Positions 20,017-28,163 of a stretch of 32,000 nt of DNA are shown in pieces. The translations under genes and the position numbers were made by a program. The notes under the pieces were generated by a model. That model had not been told where the DNA came from, did no database searches, and saw nothing but the letters and a program-made list of their open reading frames with translations. Source of the stretch: Psychrobacter sp. HD31 (GTDB lineage: Bacteria; Pseudomonadota; Gammaproteobacteria; Pseudomonadales; Moraxellaceae); the NCBI RefSeq assembly GCF_051097895.1, contig NZ_CP142525.1, forward strand, positions 2,130,001-2,162,000. Direction: 5' to 3'. Within the stretch, counting starts at the first letter, position 1, and every line of letters starts with the position of its first letter.

Positions 20017-21853
20017 GGCTAAAGATGTTAGCTTTGACAGCGTACAAATCACCGACGGAGCCACATTAAATGCAGATGGCATTGACATGGCAAGTGATAA
20101 AATCACTAACTTAGCAGCCGGCACAGAAGACACTGATGCAGTGAATGTTAGTCAGCTAAAAGAGGTTTCAGAGATTGCTAACAAGAGCTTTACCGTTAGT
20201 GCTAAAGAAGGGGCTAAAGATACCATTGGTAAAGATGAAAACATCGACTTTAGTACCGATAGTAACCTAACAGTAGAGTATGATGCAGAGAATAATCAGT
20301 TTACCCATGGTCTTGCTAATATCATTACTGTTGGCGATACAACAGACCAAACTAAAAACCCTATTACCATTAATGGTGATACAGGTACCATTACAGGGTT
20401 AACTAACAACATCACCACAAATATTGATGATACAACTCAAGAAGTATCACCAAAACCAACCTATGTTAGCGGTAGTGCAGCGACTATCGATGATGTATTA
20501 AATGCAGGTTGGAATTTGCAAGGAAATGGTGACGCTAAAGACTACGTGAGAGCGTTTGATACAGTTAATTTTGCTGATGGCAGTGCAACAACAGCGGTCG
20601 TTAGTACAGATAGTAGCACCAATACAAGTAAAGTTGTCTATAACGTGAATGTAGATAACGATACGATCAAGATTGTTGATAACAAACTTGAAGTTAACAC
20701 CGATGCTATCGCAGGGCAAACCAGCTTAACTTATAAATCAAATACTGATGATGGCACTAAAAAAACGGTTTCATTATCAGATGGTTTAGACTTTACAAAC
20801 GGTGCTAATGGTAATATCACGGCAAGTGTTGATGACGATGGTAAAGTGCAACATACACTGAATAAAGACATTAACCTTGATAGTGTAACCACAGGTGATA
20901 CCGTCATGAATGCTGATGGAATTACGATTAGCAATGGTAATTCAGGTAGTTCGATTAGTTTGACTAAGGATGGGCTAGATAATGGTGGTAATAAAATTAC
21001 AAATGTTGCTAAAGGCACTGCCGATACCGATGCGGTTAATGTTAGTCAGCTTAAATCGTCTGTTGCTGCTGCAAAAACTGAAGTGACAGCAGGCACAAAT
21101 ATTGCCAGTGTGGATAAAACCACAGGAGATAATGACCAAACCATTTATACCATTAATGCGAAAGGTGCGAGTGCATCGGCTGGTTCTAGTTATGTAACTG
21201 TTAATAGTTCAGATGCTGGTGATAATGTAACTGACTATAAAGTTGATGTAGCGCAAAATGTGAAAGATGCGACTGAAAAAGCACTTAACGAAGGCTTAAC
21301 CTTTACTGGTGATAGTGGCTCTACTAATGAAGAGCTACTGGGAAGCACAGTAGCCGTCACGGGTGATAGCAATATCACAACCAAGGCATCTGGCAATGAG
21401 ATAAACGTTAGTTTAAATGACGATATCAGCGTTAATAGTGTGAAAGCGAACAATGTTAACGTGGCAGATGAGTTAAGCGTAACTAAAGGTGCCAATATTA
21501 ATATGGGTGGTAACCAAATCCATAACGTTGGGGCTGGTGAGGCACCTGATGATGCCGTTAATGTAAGTCAATTGAATGATCTTGGTAATAAGCTAGATAA
21601 TAAGATTGGCAGTGTTGCTGAAGATTCTAATGCGGGTATCTCATCTGCAATGGCACAAGCAGCTATTCCACAAGCATATATCCCTGGTAAAACCATGCTT
21701 GCTGGTGGTATTGCAACCTATAATGGTGAGGGAGCCGCAGCGATTGGTGTTTCCAAGTTGTCTGACAATGGTCGCTGGGTAATTAAGCTAAGTGGTTCTG
21801 CAGATACTCAAGGCAATGCAGGTGCATCTGCAGGTATTGGTATGCACTTTTAA
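18872..21853 (+). CDS. TAA C-terminal fragment (stalk repeats plus YadA-like membrane anchor, no signal peptide)
   Basis: 993-aa ORF. The listed start is a TTG inside the repeat with no Shine-Dalgarno or signal peptide, so independent expression and export is doubtful. The C-terminal anchor domain is clear. Confidence 0.6.
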   Translation: MITEVKTLDQDDNVANFKTGDNIVLTDDSGSIKIATADEVEFTKVTVGPVVTTATGIDMGSQKITNLAAGTAGTDAVNVDQLKQYSSAATTEVVSNGNTSVTKETGSNGQTIYQVAAEDTTVSVGDGLTVTPTLTDSTDGDAGVDDYKVELSQDTQDSLDKADSALQEIVTQIDGTEVKTLDQDDNVANFKTGDNIVLTDDSGSIKIATADEVEFTKVTVGPVVTTATGIDMGSQKITNLAAGTAGTDAVNVDQLKQYSSAATTEVVSNGNTSVTKETGSNGQTIYQVAAEDTTVSVGDGLTVTPTLTDSTDGDAGVDDYKVELSQDTQDSLDKADSALQEIVTQIDGTEVKMLDQDDNVANFKTGDNIVLTDDSGSIKIATAKDVSFDSVQITDGATLNADGIDMASDKITNLAAGTEDTDAVNVSQLKEVSEIANKSFTVSAKEGAKDTIGKDENIDFSTDSNLTVEYDAENNQFTHGLANIITVGDTTDQTKNPITINGDTGTITGLTNNITTNIDDTTQEVSPKPTYVSGSAATIDDVLNAGWNLQGNGDAKDYVRAFDTVNFADGSATTAVVSTDSSTNTSKVVYNVNVDNDTIKIVDNKLEVNTDAIAGQTSLTYKSNTDDGTKKTVSLSDGLDFTNGANGNITASVDDDGKVQHTLNKDINLDSVTTGDTVMNADGITISNGNSGSSISLTKDGLDNGGNKITNVAKGTADTDAVNVSQLKSSVAAAKTEVTAGTNIASVDKTTGDNDQTIYTINAKGASASAGSSYVTVNSSDAGDNVTDYKVDVAQNVKDATEKALNEGLTFTGDSGSTNEELLGSTVAVTGDSNITTKASGNEINVSLNDDISVNSVKANNVNVADELSVTKGANINMGGNQIHNVGAGEAPDDAVNVSQLNDLGNKLDNKIGSVAEDSNAGISSAMAQAAIPQAYIPGKTMLAGGIATYNGEGAAAIGVSKLSDNGRWVIKLSGSADTQGNAGASAGIGMHF

Positions 21854-21875
21854 GATTTAGTTTGGCTTTTAACAA

Positions 21876-21908
21876 AAAACGCTCTCAGTTGAGGGCGTTT
21901 TTTATTTT
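21876..21908 (+). terminator. Rho-independent terminator after the adhesin gene
   Basis: aacgctctc-agtt-gagggcgtt: a 9-bp stem with one G-U pair, followed by tttttt-a-tttt. Confidence 0.8.
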
Positions 21909-21938
21909 AGACGTTTTTGATACTAGAATATTGTTTAT

Positions 21939-21973
21939 AAAAAACGTCATCTTTGCTTTGGCAAAAATGACGT
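21939..21973 (-). terminator. Rho-independent terminator after the TonB-dependent receptor gene
   Basis: The minus strand reads acgtcatttttgc-caaa-gcaaagatgacgt followed by tttttt: a 13-bp stem with one mismatch and a 4-nt loop. Confidence 0.75.
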
Positions 21974-22011
21974 AGGATAGTTGTTTGTGTAAACAATAAA
22001 TGGCTTAGGTG

Positions 22012-23892
22012 TTAGAACCAAGTATAGGTTAGTGAACCAAAGTAGTTTCTTCCATCTGTCGCATATTCTGTTCCACGCTGATTAGAGATAGTATACTCTT
22101 CATCTGTAACATTATTAACACGTAGACCTATAGATAAACTATCATTAACATAATAATTACCAGAGATATTTACCAAAGTGTAGTCATCTAATTTGGTGGT
22201 ATTGCTAACATCTGTATAATGTTCGCCTACGTATTGAGCTTCAAGGCGTGTATCAAAGTTATTGCCTTCATAACCAACATAAGCGACACCTTTGTGTTCT
22301 GGGCGGTAAAAAAGCTGATTACCTTTGTTTTTTTCATCTAAGTTTTCACTATCAATATAGTCGTAACCTGCACCAAATAGTACATTATTTACGTTCCAGT
22401 CAGAAGTTAGGCTAATGCCTTTTACATCTGCTTTATTGATATTTTTTCCACCAGCGATTAAGTTTTCAATATTGTTTTCATAACCCGTTAAACGGGTACG
22501 TTGGTTTTGGTTTCCATATTCAACAAAAACTTCAGTGTTTCTACTGGTTTCAGGTTCAAGGTTTGGGTTACCGAAAGATGGCCAGTACAACTCATTAAAA
22601 GTAGGTGCTCTAAAGCCAGTTGAATAAGCAGCACCAATACGTAATCCTTCAACTGGTTTAACGGCAGCACCAATGTTATAGGTATTGTTTGAACCATATT
22701 GTGAATCATTGGCGTTACGATAGTTAGCTTGAAGATCCCATACATCACCAGCTAACTGATATCCAGCAAATACACTTTTAGTGTTACGCTTGTTTTTAGT
22801 ATAAGCGGTATCAGCGTTTACTTTTTGGCTATTGTATTCTGCACCTGCTATGAGAATTGAATTTTCTCCTACCTTCACATTGCTATCGACACGGCTATTT
22901 TGTATCAAGGTGTTAAATTGACTGCCGGTTTTATCGTTATTACCATCGGCATAAGCAGTGCTGTAATCCATGCTATAACCCTGAGTAAAGCGGGTAGTAG
23001 CCAAATCATCTTTGTATTCAATATAAACATTGGCTGCACCGTTTTTTTGGTCAGAGTATGAATATGGATAAGGAGGTTGTTTCCAAGGATTAGCATCATA
23101 TTCAGTTTCAGATTGGTTATAATATGCGTTTAAACCAGCTGACAAGTTATTTGACAGCTTTTGACTTGCTGCAAGGTGAGCACCATACAAAGTAAAACCA
23201 TCATTATCATCTACTTTGTTACTGCCTTTTTTTACAGCATTAAATCCATTTGTTTTGGTATGGTTAAGACCGGCACTTAATTTTGTGTCTGCATCTGCGT
23301 ATTGACCAGTTGCACCCACCATAAAATGATCATTTGATCCGTAACCTGCGGTAATTTGTGCATTTGAATAGTCTTCATTGCCAGTAATGTCATTACCTTT
23401 AGTAAAGATCTGAATTACACCACCCATGGCATTTGCACCATAAATACTAGAGCCAGATGCCCCGTGTAAGATTTCAATACGACTTACTTGCGCTATCGAT
23501 AATAAATTAAGGGCAGGCGTACCAAGCGTAGCAGACTGATATGGTACACCATCAATTAATACTAAAACTTGTTTGCTGTCATAGCCACGCAAATAAAAGT
23601 TACTGCTTGTACCTAAGCCACCATCTTGTTTTACATTAAAACCAGCTTGTGATTTTAAAACATCTAACACAGTTTTACCTTGATAGCGCTGTAAATCTTG
23701 CTCGTCAATGACTGTCGTTTGTGCAATCACATCACTCACTTTGCTTGGAGCACGAGTAGAAGTAACCGTGATAGGATCTAAATTAACAACTGGTAGGTTG
23801 GCGTTATTAGCAAAACTAATAGTAGAAAGAGGGCTAATGGCTGCAAAAATGGCAGAATTGATAGCAATATATTTTGGTTTTAAAACAATCAT
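22012..23892 (-). CDS. TonB-dependent outer-membrane receptor (BtuB-sized, substrate unknown)
   Basis: 626 aa. Signal peptide (..STISFA), TonB box DPITVTS, plug motifs LRGYDSKQVLVLIDGVP and IEILHGASGSSIYGANAMGGVIQIFTKG, beta-barrel with terminal ...SLTYTWF. Confidence 0.88.
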   Translation of the reverse strand: MIVLKPKYIAINSAIFAAISPLSTISFANNANLPVVNLDPITVTSTRAPSKVSDVIAQTTVIDEQDLQRYQGKTVLDVLKSQAGFNVKQDGGLGTSSNFYLRGYDSKQVLVLIDGVPYQSATLGTPALNLLSIAQVSRIEILHGASGSSIYGANAMGGVIQIFTKGNDITGNEDYSNAQITAGYGSNDHFMVGATGQYADADTKLSAGLNHTKTNGFNAVKKGSNKVDDNDGFTLYGAHLAASQKLSNNLSAGLNAYYNQSETEYDANPWKQPPYPYSYSDQKNGAANVYIEYKDDLATTRFTQGYSMDYSTAYADGNNDKTGSQFNTLIQNSRVDSNVKVGENSILIAGAEYNSQKVNADTAYTKNKRNTKSVFAGYQLAGDVWDLQANYRNANDSQYGSNNTYNIGAAVKPVEGLRIGAAYSTGFRAPTFNELYWPSFGNPNLEPETSRNTEVFVEYGNQNQRTRLTGYENNIENLIAGGKNINKADVKGISLTSDWNVNNVLFGAGYDYIDSENLDEKNKGNQLFYRPEHKGVAYVGYEGNNFDTRLEAQYVGEHYTDVSNTTKLDDYTLVNISGNYYVNDSLSIGLRVNNVTDEEYTISNQRGTEYATDGRNYFGSLTYTWF

Positions 23893-23984
23893 AAAGACTC
23901 TGTTAAGTTAATGGAAATGAAAAATAGCAATTATATCAATTAATTTAACAAACTAAAATGTTTAGATATATTAAATTAATAAAA

Positions 23985-24018
23985 TAAAAAACTCGCTCAA
24001 ATGTTGAACGAGTTTTTA
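23985..24018 (-). terminator. Rho-independent terminator after the symporter gene
   Basis: The minus strand reads actcgttcaa-cat-ttgagcgagt (10-bp stem, one G-U pair) followed by tttttt. It is flanked by A/T runs on both sides and could act bidirectionally. Confidence 0.7.
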
Positions 24019-24053
24019 AAAACATGTAATAAGCTACTAAAAGCTATTGTGGG

Positions 24054-25520
24054 TTATTTATCGTTTAGACGATCTTCCCAGAAAGTAGCATCTTTAATAC
24101 CTAATTTTTTAGGGTCAAAAGTGTAGTCAGTAATACCAGCTTTACGCTGTTTTTCATAGTCTTTAAGGGCAACTAAAGCAGGTTTAGCAATAAAGAATAC
24201 AACTAATAAACCAACAATGTTTAACCAAGCCATTAAACCAACGCCAACATCACCAACGCCCCAGATATAACCAGCACTACTTAGACCACCATAGGCTGCA
24301 GCAGCCATTACTGAACACTTCACTAAGAAAAGTCCAATTTTTTGGGCACCGGCACCCATTTTACGGGTAAGGTAAGCGACGTTTACTTCCGCAATGTAGT
24401 AATAAGCTAAAATAGTAGTAAAGGCAAAGAAGAAAATCGCCACAGCAACAAAAATATCACCAAATGAACCAAAAGTAGAGTTCATTGCCATTTGCGTAAA
24501 GGCTGGAGAGCTAATCTCAGTAGCAGCGTCTACATTTTGTACTAAGAAACCGTTTTCTAACGAGCCTTTGATATTGTACATACCAGTTGATAAAATCATA
24601 AAGGCAGTGGCAGAACAAACAAATAAGGTATCAACATAAACTGAAAATGCTTGTACCAAACCTTGTTGTGCAGGGTGGGCAACGTGTGCAGCACCAGCCA
24701 TATGAGGACCAGAACCTTGACCTGCTTCGTTAGAGTAAACACCACGTTTTACACCCCAACCAATGGCAGCACCAAAGCCCGCTTGTGCAGTAAATGCATC
24801 GCCAATAATCATACCAAACACGTGCGGCACTTGTTCAAAGTTCATTGCCATGATGATTAGTGCCATTACAATATAGCCACCTGCCATGAAAGGAACCACA
24901 AACTGTGTAAAGTTGGCAATACGTCTAATGCCACCAAAAATAATGACTGCTAATACAATTAAGATAATTGCTAATGCACCATAACGTGTGCCTTCACCAC
25001 CAACTTGAACAACGGCTTCAACCACACCGTTAGCCTGTACACCTGGTAGGAAGAATGCTTCTGCAATAATCGCACAAATGGCAAATACTACGGCATAACC
25101 TTTGTTGCCTAAAGCACGTTCAAAGTAATAAGCAGGACCACCACGGTATTCGCCCGTTAATGGATCTTTTTCTTTATAAATTTGCGCAAGTGTTGATTCA
25201 ACATAAGCAGTCGCAGCACCTAAAAAGGCAACCATCCACATCCAAAAAACAGCACCAGGGCCACCAAAACCAATTGCTGCAGCAACACCAGCGATGTTAC
25301 CCATACCAACACGGCCAGACAATGCCACGGCTAGAGCCTGAAAAGATGAGATACCTTCGTTGTTTGACTCACCTTTAAATAATAGGCGTAACATTTCTTT
25401 AAACAAGCGTACTTGCATAAAGCGAGTTAAAATAGAATAAAAAAGACCTGCACCCAAGCATAAATAGATCAGAGCAGAACTCCAAATCCAACCATTCATC
25501 CACCCAATAAAAGCTTCCAT
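24054..25520 (-). CDS. Alanine/glycine:cation (Na+) symporter, AGCS family
   Basis: 488 aa, polytopic. AGCS-type segments LGAGLFYSILTRFMQVR, SSFQALAVALSGRVGMGNIAGVA, GVYSNEAGQGSGPH. GGAGGA Shine-Dalgarno 8 nt upstream of the ATG. Confidence 0.9.
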   Translation of the reverse strand: MEAFIGWMNGWIWSSALIYLCLGAGLFYSILTRFMQVRLFKEMLRLLFKGESNNEGISSFQALAVALSGRVGMGNIAGVAAAIGFGGPGAVFWMWMVAFLGAATAYVESTLAQIYKEKDPLTGEYRGGPAYYFERALGNKGYAVVFAICAIIAEAFFLPGVQANGVVEAVVQVGGEGTRYGALAIILIVLAVIIFGGIRRIANFTQFVVPFMAGGYIVMALIIMAMNFEQVPHVFGMIIGDAFTAQAGFGAAIGWGVKRGVYSNEAGQGSGPHMAGAAHVAHPAQQGLVQAFSVYVDTLFVCSATAFMILSTGMYNIKGSLENGFLVQNVDAATEISSPAFTQMAMNSTFGSFGDIFVAVAIFFFAFTTILAYYYIAEVNVAYLTRKMGAGAQKIGLFLVKCSVMAAAAYGGLSSAGYIWGVGDVGVGLMAWLNIVGLLVVFFIAKPALVALKDYEKQRKAGITDYTFDPKKLGIKDATFWEDRLNDK

Positions 25521-25538
25521 TAAAAATCCTCCAACTTT

Positions 25539-25631
25539 TAATGATTTTGTATTTATCTAACAAACATACTGTTTAATGCAACTTGGTTAATATGTTTGAT
25601 GCCTTCCTTTTTATTAAATACAAAATCATTA
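25539..25631 (-). promoter_or_regulatory. Long inverted repeat in the symporter 5' leader, adjacent to its Shine-Dalgarno
   Basis: 25539-25555 (taatgattttgtattta) is the exact reverse complement of 25615-25631: 17 bp with a 59-nt spacer. The proximal arm ends about 5 nt upstream of the GGAGGA SD in the transcript. Function not established. Confidence 0.3.
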
Positions 25632-26122
25632 TTATGTATTAACTTACCTGCTAACATTTTTTATTTTTATTCAGTGCTCATAAAAATAAAAAAAGTAAAC
25701 AGAAAAAACGAATCAAAATAAAATTTTAATTTTGCTAAAAACAACAACAGCGTTTATTGCTATTGCTATTTATAGCGGGATTACTTACAGAATATTGCAT
25801 AATGTAACTGTAAAGTTACTCAAATTTGCCATATTTTTTAAATAATTACCAGTAAAAAAAATAAATTCTGAGTTTTTTTGTCAACTTTTTGTATTAATTG
25901 ATAAGATTTGTCACAGCCGCCTTGTTTTTGGTTTAAAAAAACTCCATAAAATAGTTATGCTATTGAATAGCATCTTATTTTTTGTTTTATTGTTAATAAA
26001 GTTGCGAAAAGCAAAAATTCAGTTAATATTTTATGTTAAGACCTTTTATATATACCTATTAGGGTGTTTAAAAGCTATTATTGTTTTATCTAACGTAAAT
26101 TGTATTTTATTAGGAGTAGCTC

Positions 26123-26764
26123 ATGCGTTCTACCAAATCTGTTTTAAAACCACTGGCTCTATCAACAATGATTGGTTTGTCTTCTGTTAGCTTAACAGGT
26201 TGTGGATATAACCAACTACAAGCACAAGATGAATCTGTTACTGCCGCTTGGAGCGAGGTAACTAACCAATATCAACGCCGTGCTGATTTAATTGATAACT
26301 TGGTTGAAGTTACTAAAAAATATGCATCGCACGAAAAAGACGTATTTACAGAGGTTGCACAGGCGCGTTCTCAAATTAGTGGTATGAATGTGACGCCTGA
26401 AGTACTAAACGACCCAGCAATGCTTAAAAAATATCAAGAAGCGCAATCAAATATGGGTGGTGCTTTATCTCGTTTAATGGCGGTTTCTGAGCGTTATCCT
26501 AACTTAAAAGCAGATGCCTTGTTTCAAGACTTAACAGCGCAGTTAGAAGGCACAGAAAACCGTATCTCAGTTGCTCGTAATCGTTATATTGAAGAAGTAA
26601 AAGGCTATAATACCACTGTGCGTCAGTTCCCGACGAATTTAACAGCCATGGTATTTGGTATGGATAGAAAAGAAAACTTTTCGGTTGAAAATGAAGCGGC
26701 AATTTCTACAGCACCTAAAGTTGACTTTGGTGATAGTAATACGGCAGAAGCTTCTTCAAAATAA
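26123..26764 (+). CDS. lemA: LemA family protein (predicted lipoprotein)
   Basis: 213 aa. Lipobox LTGC, LemA-type segments AWSEVTNQYQRRADLIDNLVEVTKKY, ERYPNLKAD, GTENRISVARNRYIEEVKGYNTTVRQFPTN. AGGAG Shine-Dalgarno 6 nt upstream. Confidence 0.88.
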   Translation: MRSTKSVLKPLALSTMIGLSSVSLTGCGYNQLQAQDESVTAAWSEVTNQYQRRADLIDNLVEVTKKYASHEKDVFTEVAQARSQISGMNVTPEVLNDPAMLKKYQEAQSNMGGALSRLMAVSERYPNLKADALFQDLTAQLEGTENRISVARNRYIEEVKGYNTTVRQFPTNLTAMVFGMDRKENFSVENEAAISTAPKVDFGDSNTAEASSK

Positions 26765-26950
26765 TTTGGGACAAGCTTTTTTCACTAAAGTTTGTTTGCT
26801 AATTGTTTAAGTTTTAGTTGCTTATCATTTAACACAATGGTAAGCACGCCTGTTTTTTTACTTTAATCGGCTTTTTAGCTAGTTTTGGTATTTGGGTATT
26901 GCCCCAACTTGTTTATTTTTATTCATTTTATTGATTGAGATTTTATCCTT

Positions 26951-28108
26951 ATGTTGTCATCAAATCGCTTGTTGTCTGCTGTGTTATTAAGCTTTGGGTT
27001 GTCTGTTTCTATGGCAACCACAGCTGCAAATGACAGCAATCAATCTAATGAGGCCATTGCCGTTGCCAGTGCTGATACTACAAATAGTGCCTCTAATGAA
27101 GGTATTGCCGAAGACATTGTTGTGATTGGGCAAGTTGCCAAAAAAAATGAAGCAGTAAACGAGGCCGTTTTAGGCAATGATGCACTTGGTGGCATTTTTC
27201 CTGAAGCACTTGGTGGCAATGCAGGTGATGCAGGCGAAGAAACACCAGCAGCAGCGCCTAAAAAAAATGGAGAACCTCGTACTTCTACAGCTAAAGGAGT
27301 TGAGGCAGATAAACTGATACTCAATGAGCCTGTTATCGATGAAGCTAACATTTTAAGTGCCTCAGAAAAGCAGTATTTAATCCAAAGGCTACGCAGTATT
27401 TATGAACAAGGCAAAGCCCAAGCTGCCATTGTGATTGTACCAACAACCAATGGTATGGATACTTTTAGCTATGCCATGAAAATTGCAGACAGATGGCAAC
27501 TGGGCGAGAAAGATACCGATGACGGTTTGTTGATTTTAGTATCTATTAATGACCGTGATATGTATATATTAACCGGTTATGGTTTAGAAGGTGTGCTGCC
27601 TGATGTAAGACTAAAACGTATTATCCGTAATGATATCACCCCTTATTTTAAAGTGGGTGATTATGCTGGTGGATTGGATGTTGGTTTAACTAGAATTGAA
27701 GAAAGGCTCAATGCTGACCCAGAAGTTTTGGCACAAAGAGATGCACAAGACTCGGTTTCTGCTAATGCACCAAGCCCGCTATTTTTATTTTTAATTGCCT
27801 TTATTTTTGGCAAAATCATTACAGCCATTTTTGGTCGCTTTTTAGGTGGTTTAATGGTCTCTGGTGGTTTTTTTGCAGGGTCAATGGCGTTAGGTGGTGG
27901 CTTAGTGTTTTCTGCTGTGTTAGCTTTTGTTTTATGGATAGTTATGTTGGTGTCTGGTGGCTCAGGTGGTGGCAAAGGCGGACGTGGCGGTGGTCGTGGT
28001 CCAATTATTGTACCAGGTGGTGGTTTTGGTGGCGGTGGCTTTGGTTCTGGCGGCTTTGGCGGCGGCGGTGGTGGTTTTGGCGGCGGCGGTGCTGGTGGCG
28101 GCTGGTAA
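26951..28108 (+). CDS. TPM-domain membrane protein (YgcG-like) with Gly-rich C-terminal tail
   Basis: 385 aa. Signal peptide, ~100-aa low-complexity linker, TPM/TLP18.3-type domain (VIDEANILSASEKQYL...AQAAIVIVPTT...DDGLLILVSINDRDMYILTGYGLEGVLPD), C-terminal TM helices, and the tail GGSGGGKGGRGGGRG...GGGFGGGGFGSGGFGGGGGGFGGGGAGGGW. Confidence 0.85.
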   Translation: MLSSNRLLSAVLLSFGLSVSMATTAANDSNQSNEAIAVASADTTNSASNEGIAEDIVVIGQVAKKNEAVNEAVLGNDALGGIFPEALGGNAGDAGEETPAAAPKKNGEPRTSTAKGVEADKLILNEPVIDEANILSASEKQYLIQRLRSIYEQGKAQAAIVIVPTTNGMDTFSYAMKIADRWQLGEKDTDDGLLILVSINDRDMYILTGYGLEGVLPDVRLKRIIRNDITPYFKVGDYAGGLDVGLTRIEERLNADPEVLAQRDAQDSVSANAPSPLFLFLIAFIFGKIITAIFGRFLGGLMVSGGFFAGSMALGGGLVFSAVLAFVLWIVMLVSGGSGGGKGGRGGGRGPIIVPGGGFGGGGFGSGGFGGGGGGFGGGGAGGGW

Positions 28109-28163
28109 AGCCTGTTTCTGTTTGTTTTTAAAAATTGGTTATATAATCTCGTTAGGTATTTAA

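Larger units (their letters stand above)
12064..21853 (+). pseudogene. Trimeric autotransporter adhesin (YadA/Ata/Hag-like), interrupted by a 2-nt frameshift as sequenced
   Basis: The two adjacent same-strand ORFs are one gene. The first has an ESPR-type extended signal ([25 protein letters not shown]...SGQVSA) and many head (GxNSxAxG, ATGxxxKAT 14-mers) and neck (DAVNVxQL) modules. The second ends in a YadA-type beta-barrel anchor (...AGISSAMAQAAIPQAYIPGKTMLAGGIATYNGEGAAAIGVSKLSDNGRWVIKLSGSADTQGNAGASAGIGMHF). The break is a missing GG after base 18876: attgatGGaaccgaag in the other repeat copies versus attgataaccgaag here. Restoring it gives a 9792-nt, ~3263-aa ORF. Confidence 0.85.

Noticed and set aside
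13020-21495. Many antisense ORFs (60-178 aa) on the minus strand inside the adhesin gene, for example 13020-13403, 17712-18248 and the repeated 60-aa MSMPVAVVTTGPTV... ORFs.
   Set aside because: They sit entirely within a strongly supported plus-strand CDS and are low-complexity Ser/Leu/Val/Thr-rich translations. The identical copies simply mirror the 519-bp repeat. They are explained by the biased codon content of the sense strand leaving few antisense stops.
23893-24053. Cobalamin riboswitch upstream of the BtuB-like receptor.
   Set aside because: Only ~160 bp is available, part of it is taken by the symporter terminator, the DNA is extremely AT-rich, and no B12-box-like GC-rich core is visible.
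25521-25960. Glycine riboswitch in the alanine/glycine symporter leader.
   Set aside because: No GGAGAG...ACCGAAGG-type conserved cores occur on the minus strand. The region is almost devoid of G/C-rich helices.
25957-26190. 77-aa ORF (MLLNSILFFVLLLIKLRK...) in the AT-rich region overlapping the lemA start.
   Set aside because: Its hydrophobic Leu/Ile/Phe/Lys content is what AT-rich non-coding DNA yields on translation. It has no Shine-Dalgarno, and it overlaps the well-supported lemA start with its AGGAG SD.
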